Source: Mobula hypostoma
Taxonomy: Eukaryota
Assembly (NCBI RefSeq): GCF_963921235.1
Contig: NC_086097.1
Coordinates: 228,410,001-228,474,000, forward strand
Direction: 5' to 3'
DNA: 64,000 bases
Below the pieces are notes generated by a model, which worked only from the letters and a program-made list of their open reading frames with translations, was not told where the DNA came from and did no database searches. Shown piece by piece: positions 50,236 through 63,115 of this stretch. Each line of letters opens with the position of its first letter. Position 1 is the stretch's first letter. The position numbers and the translations under genes were made by a program.

Positions 50236-50795
50236 CTGCAAGGAGGAAAACATATCTCACAAGTTTCTAATCTCAATGATGTGTGTTCATGCACATCTCC
50301 AGACTATCACCACATTCCATGCTGCCGTTTTGTCTTTTGAACTCCCATTTTATGTAATTTTTTTATACCAAGGAGGAATCACATTTAACTCTTTCCTTAC
50401 ATATCCAAGTAACAGCTTGATCTCAATCAAGAATCTTCTTAACCAACATCTTTTGATCTACCCAGTTCTTCATATACGCACCTCATCCCCCATCACTCTG
50501 TTTCCTTCCCTTTCTCCACTCACTCCATTTGCCCATCAACCCATCAAATGCTCCTCATACATTAACCGCTTCATTCCTGGAATCATTCTTGTGAGCCTCC
50601 TCTCTCATACCAGTACATTTTTTCTGAAATCAGGGGCCCAAAGCTGCTCACAATACCCTAAGTGCAGTCTGCCCAATGCCTTATAAATCCTCAGTATGAC
50701 ATTCTTGCTCTTGTATTCCAGTCCTCTTAAAATGGATGCTAACAATGCATATGCCTTCCTTACCACCAACTCATCCTGCAAGTTAATCTTTAAGG

Positions 50796-50876
50796 CAGGG
50801 GTTCCCAACCTGGGGTCTATGGATGCTTGCTTAATTTGTATTTGTTCATGACATAAAAGAAGGTTGGGATCCCCTG
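50796..50876. mobile_element. 81-bp hAT (Charlie-like) MITE
   Basis: CAGGGGTTCCCAACCT...AGGTTGGGATCCCCTG; imperfect TSD ctttaagg/ctttaggt. Confidence 0.8.
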
Positions 50877-51344
50877 CTTTAGGTAATCATGCACAAGGAT
50901 TCCTAAGACCCTTTGCACCCCTGATTTTTGAATTATCTCTCCATTTAGCAAATAGTCTGCAGTTTTATTCCTTCTGCCAAAGTGCAGGAACATAAATGTC
51001 CTTACACTATATTACATCTGCCACTTTTTGCCCATTCTCCTAATCTGTCTGAGTCCATTGGCAGACTCCATGCTTCCTCAACACAATCTGCCCCTTCACC
51101 TATCTTCATATCATCAGCAAATTTGGCTAACAATCAATCAATTCCGTCATCCAAGTCATTGACATATAGTGTGAAAAGAAGTTGTCCTAACCCGAACCCT
51201 GCGGAACTCAATTAGTCACCGGCAGCCAACCCTTCGTTCCCATTCTTTGCATCCTGCCAGTCACCCAATCTTCTATCCATGCTGGTAGCTTTCCTACAAT
51301 GCCATGGACTCTTAGCATACCTTGTTAAGCTGTCTCATGCGCGA

Positions 51345-51700
51345 CATAGTTACTACCCTCAACCATCAGGCTCTTGAACTAATGGGAATAACTTCATTCA
51401 GTTTCACTTGCCCCATCATTGAACTGTTTCCACAACCAATGGACTCTCTTTCAAGGACTCTTCATCTCATGTTCTTAATATTTATTGCTTATTTACTTAT
51501 TGTTACTATTAATTTCTTTTTGTATTTGCATAGTTTGTTTTCTTCTGCGCTCTGGTTGAGCCCAAGTAGGGTGGTATTTCACTGATCTTGTTGTGGTTAT
51601 TATTGTATAGATTTATTGAGTATGCCCACAAGAGAATGAACCTCGGGATTGTATATGGTGACATACATGTACTTTTATAATGAATTTACTTTGAATCTTG
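51345..51700 (+). mobile_element. Rex1/Babar 3' end
   Basis: agttactaccctcaaccatcaggc...taatgaatttactttgaa. Confidence 0.75.
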
Positions 51701-52267
51701 AACTCCAAACTTCTGTCAAAGGCCTTTGAAAAATCCAAGTAAATAGTATCCTCTAATTCTCCTTTACCTATTCCGTGTTTTTTATTCAAAGAATTCCAAT
51801 AGATTTGTCAGGCAAGATTTCCCCAATGCTGACTTTGGCCTGTTTTATCATGTGCCTCCAAGTACCCCAAAACCTTATAATATCTTCGCAATCACTGAGG
51901 TCAGGCTAACTGGCCTATAATTTTGTTTCTGCTGCCTACGTCCCTTTTTAAAGAGTGGAGTGACATTTGCAATTTTCCAGTCCCGTGATAACTATTCCAG
52001 AATTGAATCTTGATAGATCAGTACTGATGCTTCCACAATCTCTTCAGCAATTTCATTCAGAATTCTGGGATGTAGTCCATCTGGTCCAGGTGACTTATCT
52101 ACCTTCAGACCTTTCAGCTTCCCAAGCACCTTCTCCTTAGTAATAGCAACTACACTCATTTCTGCCCCCTGACACACTTGAATTTCTGGCATACTGCTAG
52201 TGTATTCCACAGTGAAGACTTGATGCAAAATACTTAGTAAGTTTGTCCGGCATTTCTTTTTATCACA

Positions 52268-53265
52268 GGGTGCCATAGTAGCAGAGCAGTTAGCAAAACA
52301 CTATGACAGCTTGGGACATCAGTGTTAGGAGTCCAATTCTGACACCTCCTATAAGGAATCTGTACATCTTCCCCATGGAATGCATGAGTTTTCTCTGGAT
52401 GTTCTGGTTTACTCCCCAAGTCTAAAGACTTGTAAATTGTCAGTGTAAGCTTCACTTCAGGTTAAAAGCTTTAAGTTCCTCGGGGTCAATATCACAAATG
52501 ACCTGACTTGGTCCAACCAAGCAGAGTCCACTGCCAAGAAGGCCCACCAGCGCCTTTACTTCCTGAGAAACCTAAAGAAATTTGGCCTGTCCCCTAAAAC
52601 CCTCACTAATTTTTATAGATGCACCGTAGAAAGCATTCTTCTAGGGTGCATCACAACCTGGTATGGAAGTTGTCCTGTCCAAGACCAGAAGAAGCTGCAG
52701 AAGATCGTGAACACGGCGCAGCACATCACACAAACCAATCTTCAGTCCTTGGACTCACTTTACACCGCACGCTGTCGGAGCAGTGCTGCCAGGATAATCA
52801 AGGACATGACCCATCCAGCCAACACACTTTTTGTCCCTCTTCCCTCCGGGAGAAGGCTCAGGAGCTTGAAGACTCGTACAGTCAGATTTGGGAACAGCTT
52901 CTTTCCAACTGTGATAAGACTGCTGAACGGATCCTGACCCGGATCTGGGCCGTAACCTACTATCCGGACCTGCCTCTCGGTTTTTTTGCACTACCTTACT
53001 TTCCCTTTTCTATTTTCTATTTATGATCTATAATTTAAATTTTTAATATTTACTATCGATTTGTAATCCAGGGAGCAAGAAGTGCAGAATCAAATATCGC
53101 TGTGATGATTGTACGTTCTAGTATCAATTGTTTGGCGACCATAAAGTATAAAGTATAAGCTGTCCCGTGATTACCCCGGGGTTAATTCAGGGTGTTACTG
53201 TGCAGCACGCATTGAAGGCTAGAAAAGCCTATTCTATGCTGTGCCTCGATAAATAAATAAATAAA
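52268..53265 (+). mobile_element. V-SINE (HE1-like) split by Rex1
   Basis: tRNA-like head, V-domain (catgagttttctctggatgttctggtttactccc), CR1-like tail and (AAAT)n at 53158-53265. Confidence 0.7.
52458..53158 (+). mobile_element. Rex1/Babar 3' part, same family as 25815-26650
   Basis: Near-identical to 26140-26620; (AAGTAT)n tail. Confidence 0.9.
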
Positions 53266-53680
53266 TGCCTCTTCAGCATTATTTCCACTGGTCCAATATT
53301 CACTCTCGCCCCTCTTTCACTTTTTATATATCTGAAAAAGAATTTTGTATCCTCTTTGATATCTTAACATTTTTCATCTTTTCTCTCCTTCCAGCCATTT
53401 TGGTTGCCTTCTGTTGGTTTTTGAAAGCTTCCCAATCCTCTAGCATCCCAATAATTTTTGCTGCATTATATGCCTTCTCTTTTCCTTTTATGCTGTCTTT
53501 GACTTCCCTAGTCAGCCACAGTTGTCTCATCCTTCCTTCAGAATACTTTATCATCTTTGGAATGTATCTATCCCACGCCTTTCAAGTTGCCCCCAGAAAC
53601 TTCAGCCGTTGCTGTTTGGCCATCATCCCTGCTAATGTCTCCTTCCAATCAACTTTGACCAGCTTCTCTCTCATGCTTTG

Positions 53681-53961
53681 TTTTATTTATTGAGATACAG
53701 CATGGAATACACCCTTCTGGCCCTTTGAGCAACACGGCCCAGCAATCTCCTGATTTCATCCCCACTAATCATAGGATAATTTACAATGACAAATTAACCT
53801 ACTAACCAGTACATCTTTGGACTGTGGGAGGAAACCAGAGAACCCAGAAGAAACCCACATGTGATGGGGAAAATGTACAAATTACTTCCAGGCAGCTGTG
53901 GGAATTGAACCCGGATCACCTGTACTGTAAAGTGTTGTGCTAACCACTATGCTGCCGTGCC
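53681..53961 (-). mobile_element. V-SINE (HE1-like)
   Basis: Minus strand: A box tagtggttagc, B box ggttcaattcc, V-domain gtgggtttcttctgggttctctggtttcctcccacagtccaaaga. Confidence 0.85.
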
Positions 53962-54188
53962 TTTGTAATTCCCTTTACTCCACTGTAATACTGATGCATC
54001 TGAATTTAGCTTCACCCTCTCAAATTGTAGGATGAATTCTATTATATTGTGATCACTATCTCCTAAGGGTTCCTTTATCTTAAGCTCCCTAATCAAATCT
54101 GGTTCATTACATAACACCCTATCCAGAGCTGTCTTTCCCTTAGTGGGCTCAATCACAAGCTGCCCTAAAATCCATTTCATAGAAATTT

Positions 54189-54950
54189 TATAAAACCTCT
54201 TTTTACTGGGTACCTCTGGAAATGCAGTTCATTAGCCCCTTGCTAACAGCCGCCAGACTCCTCGGCGAGGAAACTATCTTCTACAGGTTCCATATGTCTG
54301 GGCTGTATACGACTTTGGTCTCGTCAAACCTGTGAGGTTGCGTTGTCTTGCCCACCCAATCCCCAGTTTGTGTGAATGCTGTGAGATTTACTGCCCCTTG
54401 CAATCTCCCATTGGCAAGAAATAACAGTTTGTACACTCCATACAATTATAAAGGAAGTATATTTAAGAATATTAACTTAAGCAAAGAGTTATTAAAGAGA
54501 AGAAAGGAAAAAATAAAAAGAGCCCATTAATTAAACAGTCACATGGACATGGCAGAGCTCAGATCTTCCAGAAGCCGTAGTTTTCAATGTACTCACTGCA
54601 GCATCTCCTACTCACCGATTCCCGGTAAAGTTCCCCTCTTAGGCTCCATTGGATCACATATTCCTGCCAGATCAAATCCTGCTGGTAGTTCTCTCGAGCT
54701 CCTTCTCTCCCCGTCTCCTGCTGAAAAAGACCTTGACCTACTCCATTGTCTTTCACAAAACTGCTCCTCCAGCATTCTCTAGAACCTTCTCCCAGTTCCA
54801 ACCTCCTGAATGGATGACAGACACATTCCTAAGCATCCCTTATCTTTAACAGTAACCCAAACACTTCCACAAAATACACTGCTTCTACAGAAAAACCGTT
54901 ACATGAAATGCCCTGCGACATAGCAGTAAAATCTTTACCAGGATGTAATA
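54189..54950 (-). mobile_element. Probable solo LTR, ~760 bp
   Basis: Non-coding block cleanly interrupting the CR1; degenerate TG..CA-like ends (tataaaacc...gatgtaata). Confidence 0.5.
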
Positions 54951-55164
54951 TCTACAAATTCTATCTCTTGGAATCCTGCAACAGCCTGATTTTCCTAACC
55001 TCCCTGCATATTGAAATCCCCCATGACTATTGTAACATTGCCTTTTCTATCTCCCATTGTAATTTATATCCCATCTCCTAGCTACCATTTGGAGGCCTTT
55101 ATATAACTTCCATCAGGGTCTTTTTATCTTTGCAATTTCTTCAATCTTCCCACAAAGATTCTAC

Positions 55165-58100
55165 GAGGGGTTGGGATATGCTTCATGGTCAGTAATGCCT
55201 GGTGCAACCCCCAGAATGTGCATGCCCTCAAATCAGTTTGTTCCCCAGATCGGGAGTACCTTGTGCTGCTGGGTAGACCTTTCTGGCTGCCTAGGGAGTT
55301 CACGGTTGTTATTATCACAGCTGTGTATATTGGGCATGTGGCCAAGCGGTTAAGGCATTGGACTAGCTACCTGAAGGTCACGAGTTCGAGCCTCAGATGA
55401 GGGAATGTGTTGTGTCCTTGAGCAAGGCACTTAATCACACATTGCTCTGCGATGACACTGGTGCCAAGCTGTATGGGTCCTAATGCCCTTCCCTTGGATA
55501 ACGTTGGTGTCGTGGAGAGGGGAGATTTACAGCATTGGCAACTGCTGGTCTTCCATACAACCTTGCCCAGGCCTGTGCCCTGGAGAGTGAAGACTTTCCA
55601 GGCGCAGATCCATAGTCTCGCAAGACTAACAGATGCCTTTACCGTGTATATTCTGCTGCAGGCTGATACTGACCTGGCTCTCAAGTAATTGTACGAGACT
55701 ATCAGCACCCTGGAGACTGTACACGCAGAGGCTACTTTCATCGTTGCTGGAGACTTTAATAGAGTGTCACTGTCTAAAGTCTCTGCGAAATTTTGTCAAC
55801 ACATCCAGGTGTGCACACGGGGAGGTAGCATACTTGACCACTGCTCCTCTCCCTTCCTCAACGCTTACGAAGTGCTCCTCTGCCTGCCATTTGGAAAGTC
55901 GGATCACTCCTCCAGCTTGCTGCTGCCAATGTACAGGCAAAAGCTGAAACAAGAGGTGGCCATAATTAAAGCTGTCCACTGCTGGTCTGACCAATTGGTC
56001 TCCATGCTACAGGACTGCTATCATGAAGTCAACTGGAATGTCTTTCATGATGAGGATGTCTCCGAGTTCACGGAAGGGGTCATGAGTTTCATCCAGAAGT
56101 GCATCGAGGATGTTCTGCCCCCAGAAATTGGTCAGGGTCTATCTAAGCCAGAAACCCTGGATCATCAGTTCCATGTGAGCAGCACTTACTGCGTGACACA
56201 GAGCTTACATTGCTGGTAACCAACAGGAACTCAAGAAGTGCAGCTATGATCTACACAAGGTCATCAAGGCAGCAAAATGACAATACAGGGACAAGTTCCA
56301 GACCAACAACACACACAGCTTATGGCAAGGTCTACACACCATCGCAGACTTCAAAGCTAAACACAGTGGTGTTTCCAACATCGCAGCCTCTCTCCCAGAA
56401 AAGGGAAACCTTCTTTACTCTCGATTTGATATCTCCAAAAATGAGCCCCTGAAGAGAGCCATCGAAGAGACCTGCTCCTTGGCTGTCTCTGAAACTGAAG
56501 TATGCAGGTGTTTCCAATGAGTGGACAATCGCAAGGCCGCGGGACCGGATGGCATCCCAGGGCGAGTGCTCAGGATGTGCACAGCACAGCTGGCAGTTGT
56601 GTTTACAGACGTTTTTAATCTCTCCCGCTCCCACTGTAGAGTGCCCCCTTGCTTCAAAACATCCATCATTGTTCCTGTACCTAAAAAGAGCAAGGTATCA
56701 TATCTGAATGACTGGCGTCCAATAATAAGCAAATGCTTTGAGAGGCTTGTCAAGGACTACATCTGCAGCATGTTGTCACCCACAGTGGACCCCCGACAGT
56801 TCACCTTCTGACACAACTGGCCAACAGATGACTCAATAGCCACAGCTCTACACACCATCCTTACACATCTGGAGAAGCAGGATGCTTATGGGAAAATACT
56901 GTTCTTGGACTACAGTTCATTCAATACCATAATTCCTTCCAGGCTTGACAAGAACCCCAGAGACTTCAGCCTTCACCCTGCCTTGTGCAGCTGGATCCCG
57001 GACTTCCTGTCAGATTGCTGGCAGGTGGTAAGAGTGGGCTCCCTCACCTCTACCCTTCTGATCCTCAATGCAGATGCCCCTCAGGGCTGTGTCCTAAGCC
57101 CCCTCCTTTACTCTCTGTATACTCATAACTGTGTCGCCACCCCCAGCTCCAATCTGCTGATTAAATTTGCTAACGATACTATATTGATTGGCCTAATCTC
57201 AAATAATAATGAGGCAGCCCACAGAGTAGAAGTAATCCTGACACAGTGGTGTCAAGAAAACAACCTCTCCCTTAATGTCACAAAAACAAAGGAGCTGGTT
57301 GTGGACTACAGGAGGAATGGAGACAGGTTAACCCCTATTGACATCAATGGATTGAGGGTTGAGAGGGTGAACAGCTTTAAGTTCCTCATCAAGCACATCA
57401 CTGAGGACCTCACGTGGTCTGTACACACCGGCTGTGTGGTGAAAAAGGCACAACAGCACCTCTTTCACCTCAGACAGTTGAAGAAGTTTGGTATGGGCCC
57501 CCAAATCCTAAGAACTTTCTACAGGGACACAATTGAGAGCATCCTGACTGGCTGCATCACTGCCTGGTATGGGAACTGTAATTCCCTCAATCGCAAAACT
57601 CTACAGGGAGTGATACGGACAGCCCAGCACATCTGTAGATGTGAACTTTCTACTATTCAGGACATTTACAAAGACAAGTGTATAAAAAAGGCCCAAGGAT
57701 CATTGGGGACCCGAGTCACCCCAACCACAAATTGTTCCAGCTGCTACCATCCGGGAAATGGTACCACAGCATAAAAGTCAGGACCAACAGTCTCCGGGAC
57801 AGTTTCTTCCACCAGGCCATCAGAATGATTAATTCATGCTGATACAATTGTATTTTTATGTTATATTGACAGTCCTGTTGTGTATACTATTTATTACAAA
57901 TTACCATAAATTGCACATTGCATATTTAGACAGAGACGTAACATAAAGATTTTTACTCCTCATGTATATGAAGGATGTAAGTAAGAGAAACATAGAAACA
58001 TAGAAAACTTACAGCACAATACAAGCCCTTCGGCCCACAAAGCTGTGCTGAACATGTCCTTACCTTAGAAATTACCTCGTAATAAAGTCAATTCAATTCA
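55165..58100 (+). mobile_element. Rex1/Babar LINE, most of the EN+RT ORF, decayed
   Basis: [42 protein letters not shown]; tail aataaagtcaattcaattca. A short CR1 tail is inserted at 57985-58078. Confidence 0.92.
55332..55641 (+). mobile_element. tRNA-derived SINE with CORE-like segment and complete head
   Basis: A box TGGCCAAGCGG, B box GAGTTCGAGCC; TSD ctgtgtatatt/ccgtgtatatt. Confidence 0.9.
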
Positions 58101-59147
58101 TAGTCCAATCCTATGTCACCTCTTTCTCAGGATTTGATTTTATTTTTTCCAAGAGTGCCACCTCACCCCTTCTGCCTACCTGTCTGTCCTTTCGGTACAA
58201 TTTTTATCCTTGGATGTCAAGCTCCCAGCTATGATCTTCTTTCAGCAACGTCTCAGAGATGCCCAAAACTTACCTATCAATCTCTAACTGCGCTACAAGA
58301 TCATCTACCTTATTCCCTATACTGTGTGCATTAAAATACAGCACCTTCAGTCCTATATTCATCACCCCTTTCAATATTCCCCCATGTTACACTTCAATTT
58401 ATCCTACTGAATGCAATTTTGCCCTATCATCTGCCTGTCCTCCCTCACAGTCTCTCTGCACACCTGCATCTGCTTGTATACCAACTGCCCCATCCTCAGC
58501 AACATCACTCTGGTTCCCTCCTCCTGCAAGATCAGTTTAAACCCTCCCCAACAACTCTAGAAAACCAGTCCACAAGGATATTGAACCCCCTCAACTTCAG
58601 GTGTAACCCATCCTCTTTGAACATGTCATATGTTTCCCAGAAGAGATCCCAATGATCCGGAAATCTGTAACACCACCCTCCGCAACAGTCCCTCAGCCAC
58701 TCATTCATCTGCAGTATCATCTTATTCCTGCCCTGATTAGCATGTGGCACTGGGTGTAATCCAGAGATGACTACCTTGGAGGTCCTGCCCTTCAGCCTCT
58801 GTCCTAACTCATTATATTCACTGCAGGGGACACCTTCCCCATTTCTTCCTATGCCATGCAGCCACTGCATACCACAGCCTTTGGCTGTCCACCCTCTCTC
58901 TTCAGAATATTCTGCAGCTGCTCTGATTCACTCTTCACTCTACACCTTGGAGGCAACACATAATCCCTGGTGTCAGTTTCATGGCCACAGAATCCTCTGT
59001 CTGTCCCCCTTAATTATTGAATTTCCTATCACTATCACTCTGCCTGACTTTACCCTTGCCTGCTGAGCCTCAGAACTGTGCTACTGACCTGGGTACTCCT
59101 GCTGTGCCACGATAGGTCATTCTCCCCAGCCATATCCAAAGGGGTAT

Positions 59148-59602
59148 CAAGCAACACACATGAAGAATGCTGGTGAACGCGGCAGGCCAGGCAGCATCTC
59201 TAGGAAGAGGCACAATCGATGTTTCGGGCCGAGACCCTTCGTCAGGACTAACTGAAAGAAGCGATAGTAAGAGATTAGAAAGTGGGAGGGGGAGGGGGAG
59301 ATCCGAAATGATAGGAGAAGACAGGAGGGGGAAGGGAAGGAGCCAAGAGCTGGACAGGTGATTGGCAAAAGGGATATGAGAGGATCATGGGACAGGAGGC
59401 CCAGGGAGAAGGAAAGGGGGAGGGGGAAGCCCAGAGGATGGGCAGGGAGTATAGTGAGAGGGACAGGGGGAGAAAAAGGAGAGAGAGAAAAAAAATTAAT
59501 AATAATAAAAAATAAATAAATAAGGGATGGGGTACGAGGGGGAGGTGGGGCATTAATGGGAAGTTAGAGAAGTCAATGTTCATGCCATCAGGCTGGAGGC
59601 TA
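59148..59602 (-). mobile_element. Penelope terminal repeat (solo), same family as 31651-33188
   Basis: High identity to 31686-32135; perfect 12-bp TSD ccaaaggggtat. Confidence 0.92.
59212..59254 (-). ncRNA. Minimal type I hammerhead ribozyme motif
   Basis: Minus strand: agtc-CTGACGA-a-gggt-ctcg-gccc-GAAA-ca-TC-gatt. Confidence 0.7.
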
Positions 59603-60149
59603 CCAAAGGGGTATGTTTGTTGCTGTTGGGAAGGCCACAGAGGAACCTTACACTGACCTCTTACTCCCCTTGCTTCTCCTGGTGGTCACCTATCCACTAT
59701 CTAAAGCCTGTACGCTGGATGACTGTCTCAGTAAAAGCCTTGTCTATGAGGTTTTCAGCCTCCTGGATGGGCCTGAGTTCAATTTCTCGACCTTGTCAGA
59801 CAGGAGCTTAATCTGGGTGCACTGTTAGGTAGCCTGCAATCCCACATTTTACCTGAAGAGCATTCCACTGCCTTAATTACCATTCTACCCACATCTTTTA
59901 GACTGTTGGATCTAACTTCTTCACCTTAAGTTCTACAATCAACTAAATGATTCCAAATGACTCAGCACCCTTAGGCTCTGCCTGCTGTGCCAACGCCTGA
60001 ACACTTCAGCAATGGCCGCTTTTTTTTATTGGCCCTTGCTAAGCTACCAGTAACTCAATACCTCCTGTACCCAATGAAGTAGCCACTGAGTGTATATGAG
60101 AAGTAGAAATGTTCTGGAACACTCAGAACAGTTGGTAGAAACATCTAAC

Positions 60150-60218
60150 ATGGTTCTGAGTGCTAATGCTAATGAGCTCATCATTTTCCTTCTGACTGGA
60201 AGTATTCTGCTTTCTACA
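60150..60218 (-). CDS. Candidate exon of host gene A (CRKQNTSSQKENDELISISTQNH)
   Basis: Acceptor ttttgtgttgttcctcagccag, 69 nt, phase 0-0, donor CAT|gttaga; unique island between TE fragments. Confidence 0.4.
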
Positions 60219-60254
60219 CTGGCTGAGGAACAACACAAAACATTCGTGATCCAA

Positions 60255-60375
60255 AACACAAAATTCTCTGCAGATGCTGGGGTCAAAGCAACACGTCCTG
60301 ATGAAGGGTCTCGGGCCGAAACATTGACTGTTCGTTTCCATGGATGCTGCCCAACCTGTTGAGTTCCTCCATTTG
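60255..60375 (+). mobile_element. Short Penelope terminal-repeat derivative with hammerhead core (60295-60330)
   Basis: gtc-CTGATGA-agggtctcgggcc-GAAA-catt-gac. Confidence 0.75.
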
Positions 60376-60744
60376 TGATCCATATCTGAATGGGCATTAG
60401 TTTTTTTGCATTTGAGAAATAGGGCCAAGGACCAGCTCCAAATGTGGAGCATGTAGGCCTCAAGCACAAGCAACCCTAGACTTCACCATCGCAATTCTTG
60501 ACCTCCCTGTCTTCAACCTCTAAATCTACTGAAACACCCAATGAATCCCAGATCTGCCCCTCTCTCCTGTCTCTAAAGATCTTTCCTGACAACAGGCTCT
60601 AGGCTTGCCAATCCCCTATCTTCCATTATCCATTCCCAACATACTGGCACTTCATGACTGTCCAGTTCACTAAATGCACCCTAATCACTCCCTTCATAAA
60701 TCCAGTACCCCAAATTTAACTATCAATGCTCCTCCTCCGCACTC

Positions 60745-61225
60745 AATATGCTCAGAATTATTGAGCATATCGTCAAGGAGCACTGTTGCAGGAAAGCAGC
60801 ATCCATCATCAAGGACCCCTACCATCCAAGCCATGCTCTCATCTTGCTACTGCCATCAGGAAGAAGGTACAGGAACCTCAGAACCCACATCACCAGGTTC
60901 AGGAACAGTTATTACCCCTCAACCATCGGGCTCTAGAACCAGAGGGGATTACATCACTCAATTTCACTCTCCTCACCACTGAACTGTTCCCACAATCTAT
61001 GGTCTCAATTTCAAGGATCTTCATCTCATAACTTGTAATATTTATTGTTATTTCTTTTTTGTATTTTCACAGTTTGTTGTTTCTGCGCGTTGGTTGTTTG
61101 TCCATCTTATCATGTGTGGGCCTTCATTGATTCTATCATGTTTCTTTGTATTTACTGTGAATGCCGGCAAGAAAATTAATCTGAGGGTGACATATATGCA
61201 GATTGATAATCAATTTACTTTGAAC
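60745..61225 (+). mobile_element. Rex1/Babar 3' fragment
   Basis: RKAASIIKDPYHPSHAL...LPSGRRYRNL. Confidence 0.85.
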
Positions 61226-61229
61226 TTCG

Positions 61230-61680
61230 TCGCTGACATGAGTTGTGAAATTTGTAGTTTTGTGGCAGCCATCTAGTGCAGGCATAACAAATTACTGTAA
61301 GTTACAATATAAACAATAAATAAGAAGTGAACGTGAGGTAGTGTTCACAAGTTCATGGACCATTCAGAAATTGGACACCAGAGGGGAAGAAATTTTTTTC
61401 TCAAATGTTAACAGTGCATCTTCAGGCTCTTGTACCTCCTCGTTGATGGTAACAATGAGGTAGCATTAACAGTATGCTGAGGGTCCTTCATTATGGATGA
61501 CGTCTTCTCAAAGCACAGCCACTTGAAGATATTCTCAATAGTAGGAAGGGAAGTGCTCATGTTGGAGCTGGCTGATCCTGTGCATCGGAACCTCCATGCC
61601 AGGTAGTGATTCAACTAGTCTGAAAGCTCTCCACAGTACACTTGTGGAAATTTGCTATTATCTTCTCTGGACATAACGCA
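61230..61680 (-). mobile_element. Rex1/Babar 3' fragment, decayed
   Basis: ORF 61408-61614 LPTIENIF...RRYKSLK. Confidence 0.75.
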
Positions 61681-62010
61681 ATGCCAGATGAAATATTTTG
61701 ATGATGTTACTCAGTTTCCAAGAACCCACTGTTATGCATTCAATGTAGTCAACAATCTCAGGCAGAACAGCATTAGCAATGATTTATTACATTTCTGTTT
61801 CCACTTTAAGTAATTGGTACTAAATGGTGGACATTTTTTACATAATTAGTTTGATCTCTGAAAGATCACCTGATTAATTCACTAAATGAAAAAAAAACAC
61901 ATATTGCACAAATTTCTATCCAATACCTTATATATTTTCCGATCTTTAGTCCATCACTGAGGTAGGAAAGACAGATCTTTCTAATTAGAAATGACTGACA
62001 GGAATATTAC

Positions 62011-62112
62011 CTGGTATTCAGTTCCCCTGAGATGGTGCAGATTTAATAAAAATAATAGAAACGTAAAACGAACAGGAAATATTAGCATCGGCACGGGGGA
62101 TTTCCATGACAT
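62011..62112 (-). CDS. Candidate first coding exon of host gene A with signal peptide (MSWKSPVPMLIFPVRFTFLLFLLNLHHLRGTEYQ)
   Basis: Acceptor ttttgcctacag (exon starts at 62161), in-frame upstream TAG, hydrophobic core FTFLLFLLNL, consensus donor CAG|gtaata. Confidence 0.55.
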
Positions 62113-62844
62113 TAGAATTTCCCAAAGCTATTTATTATTTTGCAGTTTAGGTACCGTCTTTCTGTAGGCAAAACTGACAGTCAACTCAAACATAATAAGG
62201 TTCATTATCATTTTTATTTATGTGTTCCAGCAGTTGTACGTTTTCTTCTTGAATCTGAGCATTCTGTTTGAAAATATTGTACCCGCTCTTCATGAGAACC
62301 TATTATAAAGCCCTCTTATCCCGAAATGCCAACCATTCAGTTTTGGAATATTTTGAATATGTTTATGAATTTCATTTAACTAAAAGACAAAGGCAATATT
62401 ATATGAAGTAGTTCTATTATCAAAATACTGCACTGCCCATAGACAATCAATCTGTACATAGTGCAGTCACAGTAATCTGTTTTCATAATTAGAAATAACA
62501 CTTTTAACTCCTTATTTGAAATTATTGCTCAAATATGGTCACATAAATTACAGGAAGTTTCATTTATTTCACATGAGAGACAGCACCATGCAGCTTTCCC
62601 AAGTCTCAAGATTCAGATTGCGTGCTCTTCAATGTCAAAGGGCTAGAATTATTTTTTATTTTTGACAGCAGTATTTTAAACTTTAATGGGAACTTTATTT
62701 ATACTGCTCAAATTCTTTGCAAAAGAGAGAGTATTTGACATAGGTCTTTCTGCAGGTGGAAAGGCGGACAGACATAATGGTGATCGTTCCAGAGCGTGAG
62801 GGCAACGCATCTGAAGAAATCCTAGGCTGTCTTTGGGTTATGGA

Positions 62845-62872
62845 CGCCTGACCAATGGGCACCCCCCCCCAC
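62845..62872. promoter_or_regulatory. CCAAT box plus C/G box, possible promoter of host gene A
   Basis: ctgaCCAATggg followed by caccccccccc, in a mildly CpG-enriched unique patch ~700 bp upstream of the ATG exon. Confidence 0.35.
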
Positions 62873-62983
62873 TCGAACAAGCGCCCATATTGTTACATTT
62901 CAAAGTCTGACGTATTTTGTTCCGATGAACGACACTCTTAGTCATTGTAATTTCTTATAAGTTTTAAAAACAAGGGGAAGTGT

Positions 62984-63115
62984 GCAGATGCTGGAATCTA
63001 TGCAACATACACAAAGCGCTGGAGAAACTCAGCAGGCCAGGCTGTAGAAAAAAGCACAATCAACATTCCGGGTCGAGACCTGTCGGCAGGACCGAGGCCA
63101 CCAGCATTTTGTGTC
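62984..63115 (-). mobile_element. Short Penelope terminal-repeat derivative, decayed
   Basis: gcagatgctgg...ctcagcaggccagg, degenerate hammerhead, ccagcattttgtgt. Confidence 0.7.

Larger units (their letters stand above)
50535..59850 (-). mobile_element. Old near-full-length CR1 LINE fragmented by many nested insertions
   Basis: Collinear CR1 pieces at 50535-51340, 51705-52265, 53266-53680, 53962-54188, 54951-55164, 58101-59147 (ORF1 esterase, ORF 58532-58870) and 59603-59850. Confidence 0.88.

Noticed and set aside
55332..55400. tRNA-like sequence with A and B boxes
   Set aside because: It is a SINE head: continuous with a repeated body, flanked by a TSD, and without a proper acceptor stem.
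60044..60469. 141-aa and 116-aa minus-strand ORFs
   Set aside because: They run through a Penelope repeat and a Tc1 TIR fragment (60060-60094); only the 69-nt core is kept as a candidate exon.
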